A stretch of DNA of 63,699 bases, the filler included, from Octopus bimaculoides (Eukaryota): assembly GCF_001194135.2 (NCBI RefSeq). It is 6 parts of 6 records of this genome, joined end to end, with 100 filler letters (N's around TTAATTAATTAA, not from the genome) between each part and the next. Parts side by side here need not be neighbours in the genome. Positions count along the whole stretch, not along the records: positions 60,461 to 63,699 come from NW_026373658.1; 5 more parts are not named here. One strand, given 5' to 3'. Position 1 is the first letter of the stretch. Each line of letters starts with the position of its first letter. Made by a program: the position numbers and the translations under genes. This document shows, one piece after another, positions 63,420-63,699 of this stretch. Under the pieces are notes generated by a model. That model saw nothing but the letters and a program-made list of their open reading frames with translations, did no database searches and was not told where the DNA came from.

Positions 63420-63699
63420 ACGGGCTTCTTTCAGTTTCCGTCTACCGAATTCACTCACAAGTCTTTGGTGGGGCCCGAGGCTATGGGAGAAGACACTTGC
63501 CGAAGGTGCCACGCAGTGGGACTGAACCGGGAACCACGCGGTTCAGAAGCAAACATGCGTATATATATATATATATATATACATACATATACATATATAT
63601 GCGTGTATGTATGTTTGTGTGTGTGTATGTGTGTTTGTGTGTATGTATGTACGCATGTTTGCTTCTGAACCGCGTGGTTCCCGGTTCAGTCCCACTGCG
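63420..63699. mobile_element. SINE family B head region with a perfect local inverted duplicate
   Basis: 63512-63561 and 63650-63699 are exact 50-bp reverse complements separated by TA/TG repeats; the right arm runs to the window edge. Confidence 0.85.

Overview
AT-rich, microsatellite-dense animal genomic DNA with roughly 5 kb of N gaps. The SINE/LINE repertoire looks like an octopus (coleoid cephalopod) scaffold; this is an inference from repeat families, not a database match. Only one clear host coding exon is visible: 40200-40392 (+), SAC phosphatase domain, INPP5F/Sac2-type. Most of the rest is transposon debris: tRNA-headed SINEs of about 3 families, RTE, R4/Dong, Hero, Tx1 and Penelope retroelement fragments, a Tc1/mariner element, several MITEs, and simple or compound tandem repeats. 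Five TTAATTAATTAA motifs centred in 100-bp gaps are assembly spacers. No prokaryotic-type system (CRISPR, operon) is present. Most unusual observations: (i) a Tc1/mariner element at the exact axis of a ~1.95-kb palindrome of flanking DNA; (ii) hammerhead-ribozyme-shaped motifs in Penelope-like repeats, several with an extra A after the core; (iii) an R4/Dong mini-element with its 5' and 3' ends fused in frame (SIDE-like); (iv) a PHD-type zinc finger embedded in an RTE reverse transcriptase; (v) a high density of local inverted duplications; (vi) the INPP5F exon isolated on a CpG-depleted contig between two spacers; (vii) an unexplained minus-strand exon candidate at 52486-52906.
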